Below, piece by piece: positions 18,332 to 29,216 of a stretch of DNA of 64,000 nt. The DNA is from Maridesulfovibrio sp. GTDB lineage: Bacteria; Desulfobacterota; Desulfovibrionia; Desulfovibrionales; Desulfovibrionaceae. How positions within the stretch are numbered: the stretch's first letter is position 1; every line of letters starts with the position of its first letter. Both the position numbers and the translations under genes were made by a program. The notes below the pieces were generated by a model that did no database searches, was not told where the DNA came from, and saw only the letters and a list, made by a program, of their open reading frames with translations. The stretch lies in assembly GCA_963676295.2 (NCBI GenBank), contig CAXXJR010000006.1; one strand, 5' to 3'.

Positions 18332-19369
18332 CTACAAAATTTGCTGAATGGCTGAAAGATCAGAGAGTTTACCTACAGTCAAAAGAGTATCTCCGGCTTC
18401 GATAACTTCTTTCGGACCGGGGTTGAAAACCATATCTCCAGTATTTTTCCTGATAGCAATAATGATTAAATTGAAGCGGGGACGAATTTGGGATTCTATT
18501 AAATCCTGACCGACAAATTCAGATTTATCTGTGACAAAAAGCTCTTCCATTTGCAAATCAATCTTTCCGCGCATAGCAATATCAAGAAAGTTTGTAACAG
18601 TTGGACGCAGGACAGACTGAGCCATGCGTATTCCACCGATTGTATGCGGAAGAACAACTCTATCTGCACCGGCAAATTCAAGCCGTGATATACTGGTTTT
18701 ATTATTACCGCGTGCAATAATATTAACTTTTGCACTGAACTGGCGAGCTATTAAAGTTACATAAACATTAGCAGCTTCATCCGACAACGCAGTAATAAGA
18801 GATTTAGCTCTATCAAGACCAGCTAATTTAAGAGTTCCATCTTTAGTAGCATCACCTTCAAGACAGGTTATTCCGGCAGCTTCCATTTGAACTATCAATT
18901 CAGGGTTGCTCTCAATAACGACAATATCAAGCCCTTCATTCATGACTTCTTCAGTTACAATTGCACCGATTCTGCCGTATCCGCAGACAATGATATGATC
19001 TTTAAATTTTCCGATTGTCTTCTGCATTCTGCGTCTCCCGAGAATAGCTTGCAAACGTCCTTCGACTAATAATTGCGAAAAGGCTCCGATCAAATAAGCA
19101 AAACCACCGACTCCGCCTAAAATAAGCATGGAAGTCAGAATCCGTCCGTTTTCCGATAGAGGTAAAACCTCCATAAAACCGACGGTCGACAAGGTGATTA
19201 CGACCATGTAAAAACTATTTAAAAAATTCCACCCTTCAATCCACATGTAACCTATAATGCCGCCTATAAAGACCAACAGCATATATATAAACCCAGCAGC
19301 GACTCCCCAAAATATACCGAATTCGCGCCTGAGGTTAAGCATTCTTACATATATGGATTTGGATTTCAT
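18332..19369 (-). CDS. 2-TM cation channel with RCK (TrkA-N/TrkA-C) domains
   Basis: The pore region is TLSTVGFMEV. It is followed by IIVCGYGRIG (Rossmann fold) and a TrkA-C-like tail. Confidence 0.8.
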   Translation of the reverse strand: MKSKSIYVRMLNLRREFGIFWGVAAGFIYMLLVFIGGIIGYMWIEGWNFLNSFYMVVITLSTVGFMEVLPLSENGRILTSMLILGGVGGFAYLIGAFSQLLVEGRLQAILGRRRMQKTIGKFKDHIIVCGYGRIGAIVTEEVMNEGLDIVVIESNPELIVQMEAAGITCLEGDATKDGTLKLAGLDRAKSLITALSDEAANVYVTLIARQFSAKVNIIARGNNKTSISRLEFAGADRVVLPHTIGGIRMAQSVLRPTVTNFLDIAMRGKIDLQMEELFVTDKSEFVGQDLIESQIRPRFNLIIIAIRKNTGDMVFNPGPKEVIEAGDTLLTVGKLSDLSAIQQIL

Positions 19370-19396
19370 TCCTGACTTTCCACAACTTTGCCGGGG

Positions 19397-21403
19397 TTAA
19401 CCCAGAGTAATAAGTTTTTCACGTAAACGCTGGATGCGATCTCTAAGTTCAGCAGCTTTTTCAAATTCAAGCTCACTTGCATATTTGCGCATTTCTTTTT
19501 CAAGTTTACGTACCATTTTTTCAATTTTAACAGGATCAAATCCGAACTCGGAAAGTTCTTCAGCGGCAATTCTAGCTTTTTCACCGGAAGTATTAGCAGA
19601 ATATAGACTTCCAAGCATATTATCCAGTGATTTACGTATAGTTTGCGGAGTTATCCCGTTCTCAGTGTTGTACTCTATCTGCTTAAGCCGCCTGCGTGAA
19701 GTTTCATCCATAGCTGTCCGCATAGAGTTGGTAACCCTGTCAGCATAAAGGATTACTAAACCATCTGAGTTTCGAGCGGCTCTACCAAAGGTCTGGATCA
19801 AAGAACGATTCGACCTCAAAAAACCTTCCTTATCAGCATCTAGGATTGCAACTAAGGAAACTTCAGGAATATCAAGCCCTTCCCTAAGAAGATTAATACC
19901 AACCAAAGCTGTAAATTCACCGGCACGCAAAGACTGAATAATCGCCATGCGCTCCATAGTATCAATATCGGAATGAAGATACTTAGCTTCAACTCCCATC
20001 TGATTAAAATACTCTGTCAGATCTTCCGACATTCTTTTAGTCAGAGTCGTGATAAGCACACGTTCGTTGCGCCCTTCCCGAATTTTACATTCCGCAAGCA
20101 GATCATCCATCTGTCCTTTTGACGGACGAACTTCAACAACAGGATCAAGCAGACCTGTCGGACGGATAATCTGTTCGATGACAAGCCCTTGCGCTTTATC
20201 AATTTCCCAAGGTCCGGGTGTTGCAGATACATAAACGGTCTGCCCGACTTTTTCTAAAAATTCATCAAAACAAAGTGGACGGTTATCAAGGGCTGACGGA
20301 AGCCTGAAGCCGAAATTTACCAGAGTTGTTTTTCTGGAGCGGTCTCCGTTATACATGGCGCCGACCTGAGGGACGGCAATATGCGACTCATCCATAAAAA
20401 GTATAAAATCATCCGGAAAATAATGAATAAGTGTTGCCGGAGGATCACCCTCTTTACGCCCGTCTAAGTGGCGTGAATAGTTTTCAATACCGCTGCAATA
20501 TCCAACCTCTTCGATCATCTCGAGATCATACATTGTTCTCTGTTCAATACGCTGCGCTTCAACAAGTTTATTTTCTCGCTTATAATTATTGAGTGTATCG
20601 AAAAGCTCAGCACGGATATCTTCAACAGCTCTTTCAAGGTTATCTTTGTCCGATACAAAGTGACTTGCCGGATAAATAACGGTTTTACGTCTACGCCCTG
20701 TAACTTCACCGGTCAGAGGATCAGTTTCCAGAATAGAATCAATTTCATCGCCGAAAAATTCTATCCTCAGAGCCTGTTCGCGGCTGTAGGCAGGAATAAT
20801 TTCAATGACATCACCACGGACTCGAAATGTTCCGCGATGGAAATCATAATCGTTTCTAACGTATTGAACTTCTATCAGCCTATCCATGAGCTTTTCCATG
20901 GGGAATTCCTGTCCTTCTTCGATAGGAATTATCATGCGCGCATAGAATTCAGGAGAACCGAGACCATAGATACACGAAACAGATGCAACAATGATAACAT
21001 CACGCCGTGTCAGCAAAGCATGTGTTGCTGAATGCCTTAGTTTATCGATATCATCATTAATCGAGGAATCTTTTTCAATAAAAGTATCAGAATGAGGAAG
21101 ATATGCTTCCGGCTGGTAATAATCGTAATAACTGACAAAGTACTCTACGGCGTTGTGAGGAAACAGAGCCTTAAACTCATTAAAAAGCTGAGCAGCCAAC
21201 GTTTTATTCGGCGCCATTACAAGTGCCGGACGATTCAGTTCGCTAATGACATTTGCCATGGTAAATGTCTTCCCTGTGCCTGTAGCACCGAGAAGGACTT
21301 GATCTTTAACGCCGTGCTCTAGATTTTCTATAAGCTGCTTCACAGCTTCCGGCTGATCACCTTTTAATGTAAAGTCACTGACAAGCTCAAATTTTGCTGA
21401 CAT
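19397..21403 (-). CDS. uvrB: excinuclease ABC subunit B
   Basis: It has GATGTGKT (Walker A), DESH, and a C-terminal UVR motif ([14 protein letters not shown]). Confidence 0.97.
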   Translation of the reverse strand: MSAKFELVSDFTLKGDQPEAVKQLIENLEHGVKDQVLLGATGTGKTFTMANVISELNRPALVMAPNKTLAAQLFNEFKALFPHNAVEYFVSYYDYYQPEAYLPHSDTFIEKDSSINDDIDKLRHSATHALLTRRDVIIVASVSCIYGLGSPEFYARMIIPIEEGQEFPMEKLMDRLIEVQYVRNDYDFHRGTFRVRGDVIEIIPAYSREQALRIEFFGDEIDSILETDPLTGEVTGRRRKTVIYPASHFVSDKDNLERAVEDIRAELFDTLNNYKRENKLVEAQRIEQRTMYDLEMIEEVGYCSGIENYSRHLDGRKEGDPPATLIHYFPDDFILFMDESHIAVPQVGAMYNGDRSRKTTLVNFGFRLPSALDNRPLCFDEFLEKVGQTVYVSATPGPWEIDKAQGLVIEQIIRPTGLLDPVVEVRPSKGQMDDLLAECKIREGRNERVLITTLTKRMSEDLTEYFNQMGVEAKYLHSDIDTMERMAIIQSLRAGEFTALVGINLLREGLDIPEVSLVAILDADKEGFLRSNRSLIQTFGRAARNSDGLVILYADRVTNSMRTAMDETSRRRLKQIEYNTENGITPQTIRKSLDNMLGSLYSANTSGEKARIAAEELSEFGFDPVKIEKMVRKLEKEMRKYASELEFEKAAELRDRIQRLREKLITLG

Positions 21404-21507
21404 GCTGATATTTTTTCCAGACTTGTATAGTTAAATTAAAAAAGTTATGATAATCAGATTCTTGTACAACTTAAAAGTATTCAAAACACTCATTTTACGA
21501 GGTAGTA

Positions 21508-22002
21508 ATGATTCCAATAATTCAAATACAAAATGGCGAAATACCTACTGTTCGAGGCTACGCCGTTTCTATGATCGTTCGCAGCTTTAAAGGACGTCGT
21601 GACGTGGAAGTACACCTTTTTAGACCGGAATGGTCTCCAAGCGAAGAAGAAGAAATCTCATGGGATAATCTTTTCGGACCTCCGGCGATGCTGGACGCTG
21701 TACCGAACGCTGAAAAAGATCGCAAAATAGTTATGGAATCCTTTACTCTGGATGAGCGTGATCAAGTTATTAACTACCTTAAAGAGCACTACTCTTCAAG
21801 GCTGGATTCTATCAACTCAAACCCTATGGAATTTCCAATCCCTTCCGGACTTCCACCGCTTTGCTCTATGTCTGAAGGAAAAGATATCGGCCTAATCAAA
21901 TTTGAAAAAGTCCCTCATTTCAAACTTCCTTTTGCACTCAGGGGACTGTATAATCTAAGTGCTCATCGCCCGCTTGTTGAAACACGTGAAGACGAGAGTT
22001 AG
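21508..22002 (+). CDS. hypothetical protein
   Basis: A 164-aa ORF with a GAGGT RBS, divergent from uvrB. I recognised no family. Confidence 0.5.
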   Translation: MIPIIQIQNGEIPTVRGYAVSMIVRSFKGRRDVEVHLFRPEWSPSEEEEISWDNLFGPPAMLDAVPNAEKDRKIVMESFTLDERDQVINYLKEHYSSRLDSINSNPMEFPIPSGLPPLCSMSEGKDIGLIKFEKVPHFKLPFALRGLYNLSAHRPLVETREDES

Positions 22003-22078
22003 CGAGCTCTTTGATAACAAATTAAAAAGGGGATTTCATTTTTTTGAGGTCCTCTTTTTTTAAATCATACACTTAACC

Positions 22079-22804
22079 TTAACTGCAAAGCTTTTCAGTA
22101 ATGAGTTCATACTCACCCGGCAAAAAGTCCCAAGTGCCCCTCAGCGCAGAATATTCCAGAGAATCCTCAAGCATTACAAGAAAATCATCTCTTGGTATTT
22201 CTTCTGCTCCAAGCGATTTGAGGTGATCGGTCGGTTGTTGGCAATCCACAAAATGAAAGTCTCTATTTTCAAGGTATCTGACCAAATAAGAAAAACCTAT
22301 TTTGGATGCGTCAGGTTCAAGAAAAAACATAGACTCACCAGAAAAAACTCTACCGAGTGAAACTCCATACAGTCCGCCTGCAAGTTCACCGTTTTTATTC
22401 CAGACCTCAACACTGTGAGCAAATCCGAGTTGATGCAATTCAACATAAGCATCCACTATTTCCTGCAAAATCCATGTACCCTCTTGTCCGGGGCGCATTT
22501 TAGCTGCGCAGTTCGTAATGACTGCTCTAAAATCAACATCAAAAGTAACGCGATATTCTTTTTTTCTGATTTTACGTTTCATCCGTCTTGAAACATGCAA
22601 CTTATCAAAATTAAGTATCAGACGCGGATCAAGTGACCACCACAAAATGGGGGAGCTTTCATCGTACCACGGAAATATTCCAGCGGCATATGCGGCTAAA
22701 AGTCGTTCAGGACGTAAATCGCCACCTACAGCGAGCAGTCCGTCTGGTTCGGCTTCATCAGGGCTAGGGAAAAGCGGTTCTTCAATGAGTCTGTAAACAA
22801 CCAT
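22079..22804 (-). CDS. aat: leucyl/phenylalanyl-tRNA-protein transferase
   Basis: The translation has GIFPWY, WWSLDPR and GESMF. It lies next to clpA and clpS (N-degron pathway). Confidence 0.9.
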   Translation of the reverse strand: MVVYRLIEEPLFPSPDEAEPDGLLAVGGDLRPERLLAAYAAGIFPWYDESSPILWWSLDPRLILNFDKLHVSRRMKRKIRKKEYRVTFDVDFRAVITNCAAKMRPGQEGTWILQEIVDAYVELHQLGFAHSVEVWNKNGELAGGLYGVSLGRVFSGESMFFLEPDASKIGFSYLVRYLENRDFHFVDCQQPTDHLKSLGAEEIPRDDFLVMLEDSLEYSALRGTWDFLPGEYELITEKLCS

Positions 22805-22961
22805 AAAAATCCCCGAAATTTACTGATTAATATTCTTCAATATAATCTATTATTCAATTATTTCAAGTCGTAAATCAAAGAGGCGAACGCAAAAAACGTC
22901 CGCCTCTTAATTAAATACAAGTAAATTGCTCAACTCTTACCAATAAGCTTAATCAAAACTG

Positions 22962-25307
22962 TTAATCACTACCAACGGCTTTAAACTTAAAAGTCAAAAC
23001 CTCATCTTTTTTCTTATCTTTCTTGGTAGAAATAAGAACCTGACCACCCTTAACAAGCTTACCGAAAAGGATTTCGTCAGCAATTTCATCTTTAATAGAA
23101 GTTTGAATAAGCCGCGACATAGGGCGTGCACCATATGCAGGATCATGCCCCTTTTCCGCAAGCCAGCGTCTGGATTTATCGTCCAGCTTAATCACAATTC
23201 GCTGGTCTGAAAGTTGATCGTTAAGTTCCTTAATAAACTTATCAACAATCATTTCCATCACATCGATCTTAAGCGAATTAAAGGAAACTATTGCATCAAG
23301 CCTGTTACGAAACTCAGGGCTGAACACTTTTTCAATAGCCTTGATTGCGAGGTTCTTATCTTCTGAACCCTGAACCCCTGCTCCAAAACCGATTCCGCTT
23401 TTAGTCATTTCGCGAGCACCGGCATTTGAAGTCATAAGCAAAACAGTATTCCTGAAATCTGCTTTTCTACCGTTATTATCCGTTAGCGTTGCATAGTCCA
23501 TAACCTGCAACAGGATATTAAATACATCAGGGTGCGCCTTTTCAATTTCATCAAAAAGGATAACACAATGCGGATTCTTACGAACGCCCTCTGTCAGCAA
23601 GCCACCCTGATCAAAACCTACATATCCTGGAGGAGCTCCGATAAGACGGGCAACCGCGTGCTTTTCCATATACTCACTCATATCAAAACGCATGAAATGA
23701 ATACCCATGGTTTTAGCAAGCTGCCTTGAAAGCTCTGTTTTACCGACCCCGGTAGGACCGGTAAGCAGAAATGATCCGGTCGGTCGCCCAACCTGCTTCA
23801 TTCCAGCTCTTGAACGGAGAATCGCCTTGGCAATAATATCAACAGCGTCATCCTGCCCGAACACAACAGACTTAAGGTTTTTATCAAGTTCCTGCAAACG
23901 GGTACGGTCAGACATGGTGATCCGCCGTGTCGGAATGCGCGCAATCTTTGAAATAACCTTTTCTACATCGGAAACAAGAATCTTATCCCCTTTGCGCTTA
24001 CGCGGACTTAGACCGTAAAAAGCCCCTGCTTCATCAATTACGTCAATAGCTTTATCCGGCAGAAAACGTTCATTAATATGCCTTGCGGCAAGTTCCGCAG
24101 CAGCTTTGATTGACGACGGAGAATAGACAACTTTATGATGATCTTCGTAATAAGGCTTAAGCCCTTTAAGAATTTCAATAGTCTCTTCAACTGAAGGTTC
24201 AGTAATATCTATCTTCTGGAATCTGCGAGACAAAGCACGGTCTTTTTCAAAATGATTTTTATATTCCTCATAGGTCGTAGCACCTATGCAGCGAACGTCA
24301 CCGGAAGCCAGAAACGGCTTGAGGATATTTGAAGCATCCATTGATCCACCGCTGACAGCTCCGGCTCCGACGATAGTATGAATTTCATCCACAAACAAAA
24401 TTGCGCCGGGGATATGCTTAATCTGTGCAAGAACACCTTTCAGACGGGATTCAAAATCCCCTCTGTACTTTGTTCCGGCAAGAAGAGCACCCATATCAAG
24501 AGCGAATACTTCTGTATTTTCAAAAGTTCTTGGAACATTACCCTTGGCAATAGCAAGAGCAAGTCCCTCCGCCATAGCAGTTTTACCCACGCCGGGGTCA
24601 CCTACAAAAATAGGATTATTCTTCCGCCTGCGTGAAAGTACCTGCAAAGTTCTTTCGATTTCAGAATCGCGTCCAATCAGCGGATCAATCTTGCCGTCTT
24701 TAGCCTTCATGGTCAGATTGGTTGCAAACTCTTCCAGTGGAGATTTTTTATCATCTTTACCACTTCCCGGTCTGCCTTGAGGTCTTCCCTGTCCACCTCT
24801 TTGCCCTAAATCATTATCAGGATTTTGACCTGCACCTGAATTAGGACTGATATTCAGTCCTTCAGTCCAGTCATTTTCATTGCTTAAGGCATGTGAAATA
24901 TATTCAAGGATATCAAGTCGGCTTACATCATGAGTTTTCATGAAATAAACAGCATACGAATCCTCTTCTTCGAACATGGCGGCAAGCACATCTCCGACTT
25001 CAACAACTTCTTTACCGGCTGCTTTTTTCTGCCAGATTGCTTTCTGAAGAACTCTTCTTACACCGAGAGTCTGAATGACTTCTGTGTCGACTCCGTTCGG
25101 GAGAGGTTCTAAATTTTCATCAAAAAACTTTTCAAGCTGGCTCCTGAGCTGTATAAGCTCAGCACCGCAACCAGAAAGAATATCCGCGCCGATTTCTTCT
25201 TGAACAATTGCATAAAGCAAATGTTCAAGGGTAAGAAACTCGTGATTTCTAAGCCTTACTTCATTAACAGCGGAAGTCAGAGCTTGTTCAAGGGCTTTGC
25301 TAAGCAT
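22962..25307 (-). CDS. clpA: ATP-dependent Clp protease ATP-binding subunit ClpA
   Basis: It has two AAA+ modules (GDPGVGKT and GPTGVGKT) and a ClpA N-domain. It sits immediately downstream of clpS. Confidence 0.95.
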   Translation of the reverse strand: MLSKALEQALTSAVNEVRLRNHEFLTLEHLLYAIVQEEIGADILSGCGAELIQLRSQLEKFFDENLEPLPNGVDTEVIQTLGVRRVLQKAIWQKKAAGKEVVEVGDVLAAMFEEEDSYAVYFMKTHDVSRLDILEYISHALSNENDWTEGLNISPNSGAGQNPDNDLGQRGGQGRPQGRPGSGKDDKKSPLEEFATNLTMKAKDGKIDPLIGRDSEIERTLQVLSRRRKNNPIFVGDPGVGKTAMAEGLALAIAKGNVPRTFENTEVFALDMGALLAGTKYRGDFESRLKGVLAQIKHIPGAILFVDEIHTIVGAGAVSGGSMDASNILKPFLASGDVRCIGATTYEEYKNHFEKDRALSRRFQKIDITEPSVEETIEILKGLKPYYEDHHKVVYSPSSIKAAAELAARHINERFLPDKAIDVIDEAGAFYGLSPRKRKGDKILVSDVEKVISKIARIPTRRITMSDRTRLQELDKNLKSVVFGQDDAVDIIAKAILRSRAGMKQVGRPTGSFLLTGPTGVGKTELSRQLAKTMGIHFMRFDMSEYMEKHAVARLIGAPPGYVGFDQGGLLTEGVRKNPHCVILFDEIEKAHPDVFNILLQVMDYATLTDNNGRKADFRNTVLLMTSNAGAREMTKSGIGFGAGVQGSEDKNLAIKAIEKVFSPEFRNRLDAIVSFNSLKIDVMEMIVDKFIKELNDQLSDQRIVIKLDDKSRRWLAEKGHDPAYGARPMSRLIQTSIKDEIADEILFGKLVKGGQVLISTKKDKKKDEVLTFKFKAVGSD

Positions 25308-25313
25308 ATATTA

Positions 25314-25622
25314 TCAGACCTCTTCTATTGTACATTTAAGAGGAAAGCCGGCTTGCGTTGCAAGCTGCCTGACCATTTCCACACGTGTTTCAGCTACTTC
25401 TGCAGTATATATACCACAAACTGCGAATCCTTCATTATGAACTTTAAGCATAATCTCAGTTGATTCTTCCTCTGTTTTTCTAAACACTTGCACAAGCACT
25501 GCGATAACAAATTCCATGGAAGTATAATCATCGTTATGTAACAACACCTTATACTTTCTAGGTTCTTTAAGCTCATCCTTAAAGATAACATCTGAATCAA
25601 ATTCTTCATTATATTTAGACAT
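25314..25622 (-). CDS. clpS: ClpS adaptor
   Basis: It is 102 aa with YKVLLHNDDYTSMEFV. Confidence 0.95.
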   Translation of the reverse strand: MSKYNEEFDSDVIFKDELKEPRKYKVLLHNDDYTSMEFVIAVLVQVFRKTEEESTEIMLKVHNEGFAVCGIYTAEVAETRVEMVRQLATQAGFPLKCTIEEV

Positions 25623-25749
25623 ATTTCACTACACAATTAAAATATTTGTTTTTTATCTTAGCTAACAATAAGAACTAATTCACTCTCTGTCGAGCACGAA
25701 ATAGCAAGAAAACGTAATTATGAATTATAATCTTACAAAATTAATACGT

Positions 25750-26328
25750 TTAATATTCCAAATTTTTCAACTTTTCGGGGCTGAATACAAAATTTTCATC
25801 AGGATCAAGCCCGGCTTTCACGCGGTAGGCCCTGTTCAATTCATGATACGTTTTTTTACTGGCAGAAGATTCATCAAGTCCTAGTTTCTCCGCACATGCC
25901 AGAATCGAGTTTTCAGAACCTTCAATTTCAATAAATGATCCGAACGGTAGAAGATCGAGACAGATTAAACATTCCTCAAACTTCCATTCTTCTCTGAATT
26001 TTTCATATTTAAATACCGGAGAATATCCCAAAACTTCCAGAGCTGAAACAGTTTCATTAAAATCTGAAACCTCTGTTTCATGTTCAATATACACCTTTGC
26101 CTTCCCGGAAACAACATTTGCCGGAATACGCTTAACGGTCATAGTTATTTTATCAGCCTGCCTTACTCTTAATAAGGCCGAACGTTTAAACAGAGTTCTG
26201 GAAGGATCATCTAAAACAACATTACGCTCAAAATGACGTGAAAGAAACTCTCCTCCCAAATTTTTAAGAGATTTCCTTAGCTGATCATGATCCACATTCA
26301 AATATTTAAGTTCAATTTCGAAGGCCAT
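25750..26328 (-). CDS. CYTH-domain protein (CyaB/class IV cyclase-like triphosphate tunnel enzyme)
   Basis: It has the N-terminal EIELKY signature (ExExK) and is 192 aa. Confidence 0.75.
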   Translation of the reverse strand: MAFEIELKYLNVDHDQLRKSLKNLGGEFLSRHFERNVVLDDPSRTLFKRSALLRVRQADKITMTVKRIPANVVSGKAKVYIEHETEVSDFNETVSALEVLGYSPVFKYEKFREEWKFEECLICLDLLPFGSFIEIEGSENSILACAEKLGLDESSASKKTYHELNRAYRVKAGLDPDENFVFSPEKLKNLEY

Positions 26329-26401
26329 TATACTTTTCTCTTATAGCTTGAAGTGATACTGGTTTTTCAGCAATGATATAGTTTAATACAGGACAGCAGA
26401 T

Positions 26402-26782
26402 ATGCAAAAATATTTTTTCTTAGCAGCAGGCGGAGCAGCCGGAACACTTTGCAGATATTTTGTTTCCGGTGCAGCCCAACGTCTTTTTGATTCTAATTTC
26501 CCGGCAGGTACTTTTACCGTCAACATGCTTGGATGCTTACTATTCGGAATTATTACCGGAACATTTCAGGATAGGCTAGGACTTTCACCGCACATGAGAT
26601 TAATGATCCTTACCGGATTTATGGGTGCATTTACAACTTTTTCGACTTATATGTTTGAAACAACCGCTCTTGTAAAATCCGGACAATGGACACTGGCTGC
26701 CCTGAACATCGGAAGTCAGAGTGCACTTGGATTTCTCTGTGTGATTGCAGGACTCACACTTGGAAGAGCAATAGTTTCTTAA
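26402..26782 (+). CDS. crcB: fluoride channel CrcB/FluC
   Basis: It is a 126-aa, 4-TM protein with GGAAGTLCRY and GFMGAFTTFSTY. Confidence 0.92.
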   Translation: MQKYFFLAAGGAAGTLCRYFVSGAAQRLFDSNFPAGTFTVNMLGCLLFGIITGTFQDRLGLSPHMRLMILTGFMGAFTTFSTYMFETTALVKSGQWTLAALNIGSQSALGFLCVIAGLTLGRAIVS

Positions 26783-26825
26783 ATTTCTGACTGACTCACT
26801 AAATATTATTAAAACGGAGTTTAAA

Positions 26826-27170
26826 ATGAATCTGCCAGAAAAAGCTGTACGACTCAGAATTTTTACAGGAGAAGAAAACCGCATCGACCACCGCCCCACC
26901 TTCGAAGTAATAGTGCATGAAGCCAGACAAAGAGGACTTGCAGGGGCTACCGTATACCGCGGAGTAATGGGCTATGGAGTGAACAGCCAGGTTCGTACAA
27001 CTTCTATTTTAAGACTTTCGGAGGATTTGCCTATGATCATAGAAATTGTTGATACGGCTGAAAAAATAGCACCATTCAAAGATTATTTAATAGAAACCAT
27101 GTCCGAAGGATTAGTTACTGCGGAAGAAGTCAATGTAGTTTTTCATAAACATAATCAGGGCAAGAAATAA
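26826..27170 (+). CDS. DUF190 (PII-like) protein commonly linked to crcB
   Basis: It is 114 aa with LRIFTGEENR and GATVYRGVMGYG. Confidence 0.75.
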   Translation: MNLPEKAVRLRIFTGEENRIDHRPTFEVIVHEARQRGLAGATVYRGVMGYGVNSQVRTTSILRLSEDLPMIIEIVDTAEKIAPFKDYLIETMSEGLVTAEEVNVVFHKHNQGKK

Positions 27171-27212
27171 TAATCACATTCGCACAAAATATAATTCTCA
27201 AGCACAAAAAAT

Positions 27213-27247
27213 AGCTCTCAGGATATATTGAATATATCCTGAGAGCT
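27213..27247. terminator. bidirectional terminator (DUF190 gene / cheB)
   Basis: AGCTCTCAGGATATAT-tga-ATATATCCTGAGAGCT forms a perfect 16-bp stem. Confidence 0.85.
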
Positions 27248-27285
27248 TCTCATTATTAGCATATCTACTAAATTTCAGATTTCTT

Positions 27286-28353
27286 CTAACGGCAGCTCTT
27301 AGCCACAACTTCGGATGCAATTCGTTTGAGCGGTACAACGGAGTCAACTCCACCGTGCTTAATCGCTTCCTGAGGCATACCGAATACGACGCAAGATGCT
27401 TCGTCCTGAGCTATACAGTATGTTCCAGCATCATGCATCTCTTTCATGCCTTTTGCTCCGTCATCCCCCATCCCGGTCATTATGACACCAATCGCATTTT
27501 TACCGGCATTATGAGCACCGGACCGGAACAAAACATCTACCGAAGGTCTATGCCTGCTTACAAGGGGGCCGTCTTTAACTTCTACGTAATAACGTGCGCC
27601 TGATCTTTTAACCAGCATATGCTTATTTCCGGGTGCAATGAGAGCCTGCCCTCTGAGTATGCTGTCTCCGTCAACAGCTTCCTTCACTCTGATCTGACAG
27701 ATATTATTAAGTCTTTTGGAAAAAGCCGCAGTAAAATGTTCCGGCATATGCTGAACGATTGCAATCCCCGGACAATCTAAAGGCATGCTTTGTAAAAATG
27801 TAAGTAAAGCTTCTGTTCCACCGGTCGATGCTCCCACCAAGACCACTTTTTCTGTTGTCTGCAAACAGTTGACTTTGGACTTAGGAAGCATTGCATCAGC
27901 TGTAAGCTTCGGCTGAACAATCATAGGCCTTGCTGTAAGTTTTTTAGGCTTTGTTAAGGCCGCAGCTTTAACCACATCACAAACTCTGATGCAGGATTCT
28001 TCGAAAAACTGTCTTGTTCCAACCTTAGGTTTAGTGATGATTTCAACGGCACCGAATTCAAGAGCTTTCATATAAGTATCCGACCCTTTTTCAGTAAGAG
28101 TTGAACAAATTACAACAGCAATAGGATGCTGAGTCATCAACTTACGCAAAAAAGTCAGTCCATCCATTCGAGGCATTTCAATATCTAAAGTGATAACATC
28201 CGGAATAACCGTTTCCATTATCTTTGCAGCTAAAAACGGATCCGCGGCACTTCCGACAACTTCAATATCAGGATCAGTCTCAAAAAGACTAATCAGCGCA
28301 CTTCTAACCAATGCAGAATCGTCAACAATTAAAACACGAGTCTTCTTTCTCAT
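27286..28353 (-). CDS. cheB: chemotaxis response regulator protein-glutamate methylesterase
   Basis: It has an REC domain ([12 protein letters not shown]) and a methylesterase domain (GASTGG, DDG). GAGGGA precedes the ATG at 28353. The track start at 28389 would overlap cheR. Confidence 0.92.
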   Translation of the reverse strand: MRKKTRVLIVDDSALVRSALISLFETDPDIEVVGSAADPFLAAKIMETVIPDVITLDIEMPRMDGLTFLRKLMTQHPIAVVICSTLTEKGSDTYMKALEFGAVEIITKPKVGTRQFFEESCIRVCDVVKAAALTKPKKLTARPMIVQPKLTADAMLPKSKVNCLQTTEKVVLVGASTGGTEALLTFLQSMPLDCPGIAIVQHMPEHFTAAFSKRLNNICQIRVKEAVDGDSILRGQALIAPGNKHMLVKRSGARYYVEVKDGPLVSRHRPSVDVLFRSGAHNAGKNAIGVIMTGMGDDGAKGMKEMHDAGTYCIAQDEASCVVFGMPQEAIKHGGVDSVVPLKRIASEVVAKSCR

Positions 28354-28360
28354 TCTTCCC

Positions 28361-29209
28361 TCAAATCTTCTGGTAAACTGTGGGAGCAATTTGCCTTATC
28401 GGAAGATCCATTCCGGAAATACTTTCGGAATGCCCGATAAATAAAAATCCGCCTTTAGACAGCCTTGCACAAAATTTACTGAATAGTGTGTATTGGGTTG
28501 GTCTATCAAAATAAATCACCACATTACGACAAAAGATTATATCTTTTTCATCTTTAAACGGGAAATTTTCCATAAAGTTTAATCTGCGGAATTCAACCTT
28601 GCGCCGTATTTCCGGCGCAATCCTAATCAAGGGTTTATCTTTATCCCTACTTTTAAGCAGATATTTTTTTTTCATAGCCATCGGGATAACATCAACCTTA
28701 CTGAGCGGGTACACAGCATTTATGGCTTTATTTAGAATTTCATTTGAAATATCCGTCGCAAGGATTGAAAATTTGAAATCAGGATTATTTGCAGCAAACT
28801 CACTCAGCACAATTGCCAGAGTATAAGGTTCCTCCCCGCTGGAACACCCGGCAGACCAGACTTTAAGAGCAGAAGAACTTCGTCTGGTAAACTCAGGCAA
28901 AACAGTGCTGAGAAGGATCTCAAAATGTTTAGGTTCGCGAAAAAAATCAGTCGTATTAGTCGTAACAACATCAATCAGTTGTGTAAGTTCTTTTTCAAGC
29001 CCACCCGGGCTGAATATAAAATCACAGTACTCGGAATGAGACTTCATTCCGAGGGCTCTTAATCTTTTTTGAAGCCTAGCCTCAAGCATGGTCTTCTTGG
29101 TAATAGGCATCTTAATTCCAAATTCACTCTTAATAAGGTCACTGAATTTTTTAAATTCAGCATCCTTCATTTTAGGAGCGATGAAATTCATATCATCAAA
29201 ATCATTCAT
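28361..29209 (-). CDS. cheR: chemotaxis protein methyltransferase
   Basis: It has the SAM-binding motif [14 protein letters not shown] and the motif [10 protein letters not shown]. Confidence 0.92.
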   Translation of the reverse strand: MNDFDDMNFIAPKMKDAEFKKFSDLIKSEFGIKMPITKKTMLEARLQKRLRALGMKSHSEYCDFIFSPGGLEKELTQLIDVVTTNTTDFFREPKHFEILLSTVLPEFTRRSSSALKVWSAGCSSGEEPYTLAIVLSEFAANNPDFKFSILATDISNEILNKAINAVYPLSKVDVIPMAMKKKYLLKSRDKDKPLIRIAPEIRRKVEFRRLNFMENFPFKDEKDIIFCRNVVIYFDRPTQYTLFSKFCARLSKGGFLFIGHSESISGMDLPIRQIAPTVYQKI

Positions 29210-29216
29210 ATAGATT

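Noticed and set aside
26329-26401. Possible fluoride (crcB-motif) riboswitch upstream of crcB
   Set aside because: The 73-nt region lacks the conserved GGnGAUGG...AACCGCC...CUGAUGAU-CCUAC elements as I remember them. No convincing pseudoknot-forming segments were seen.
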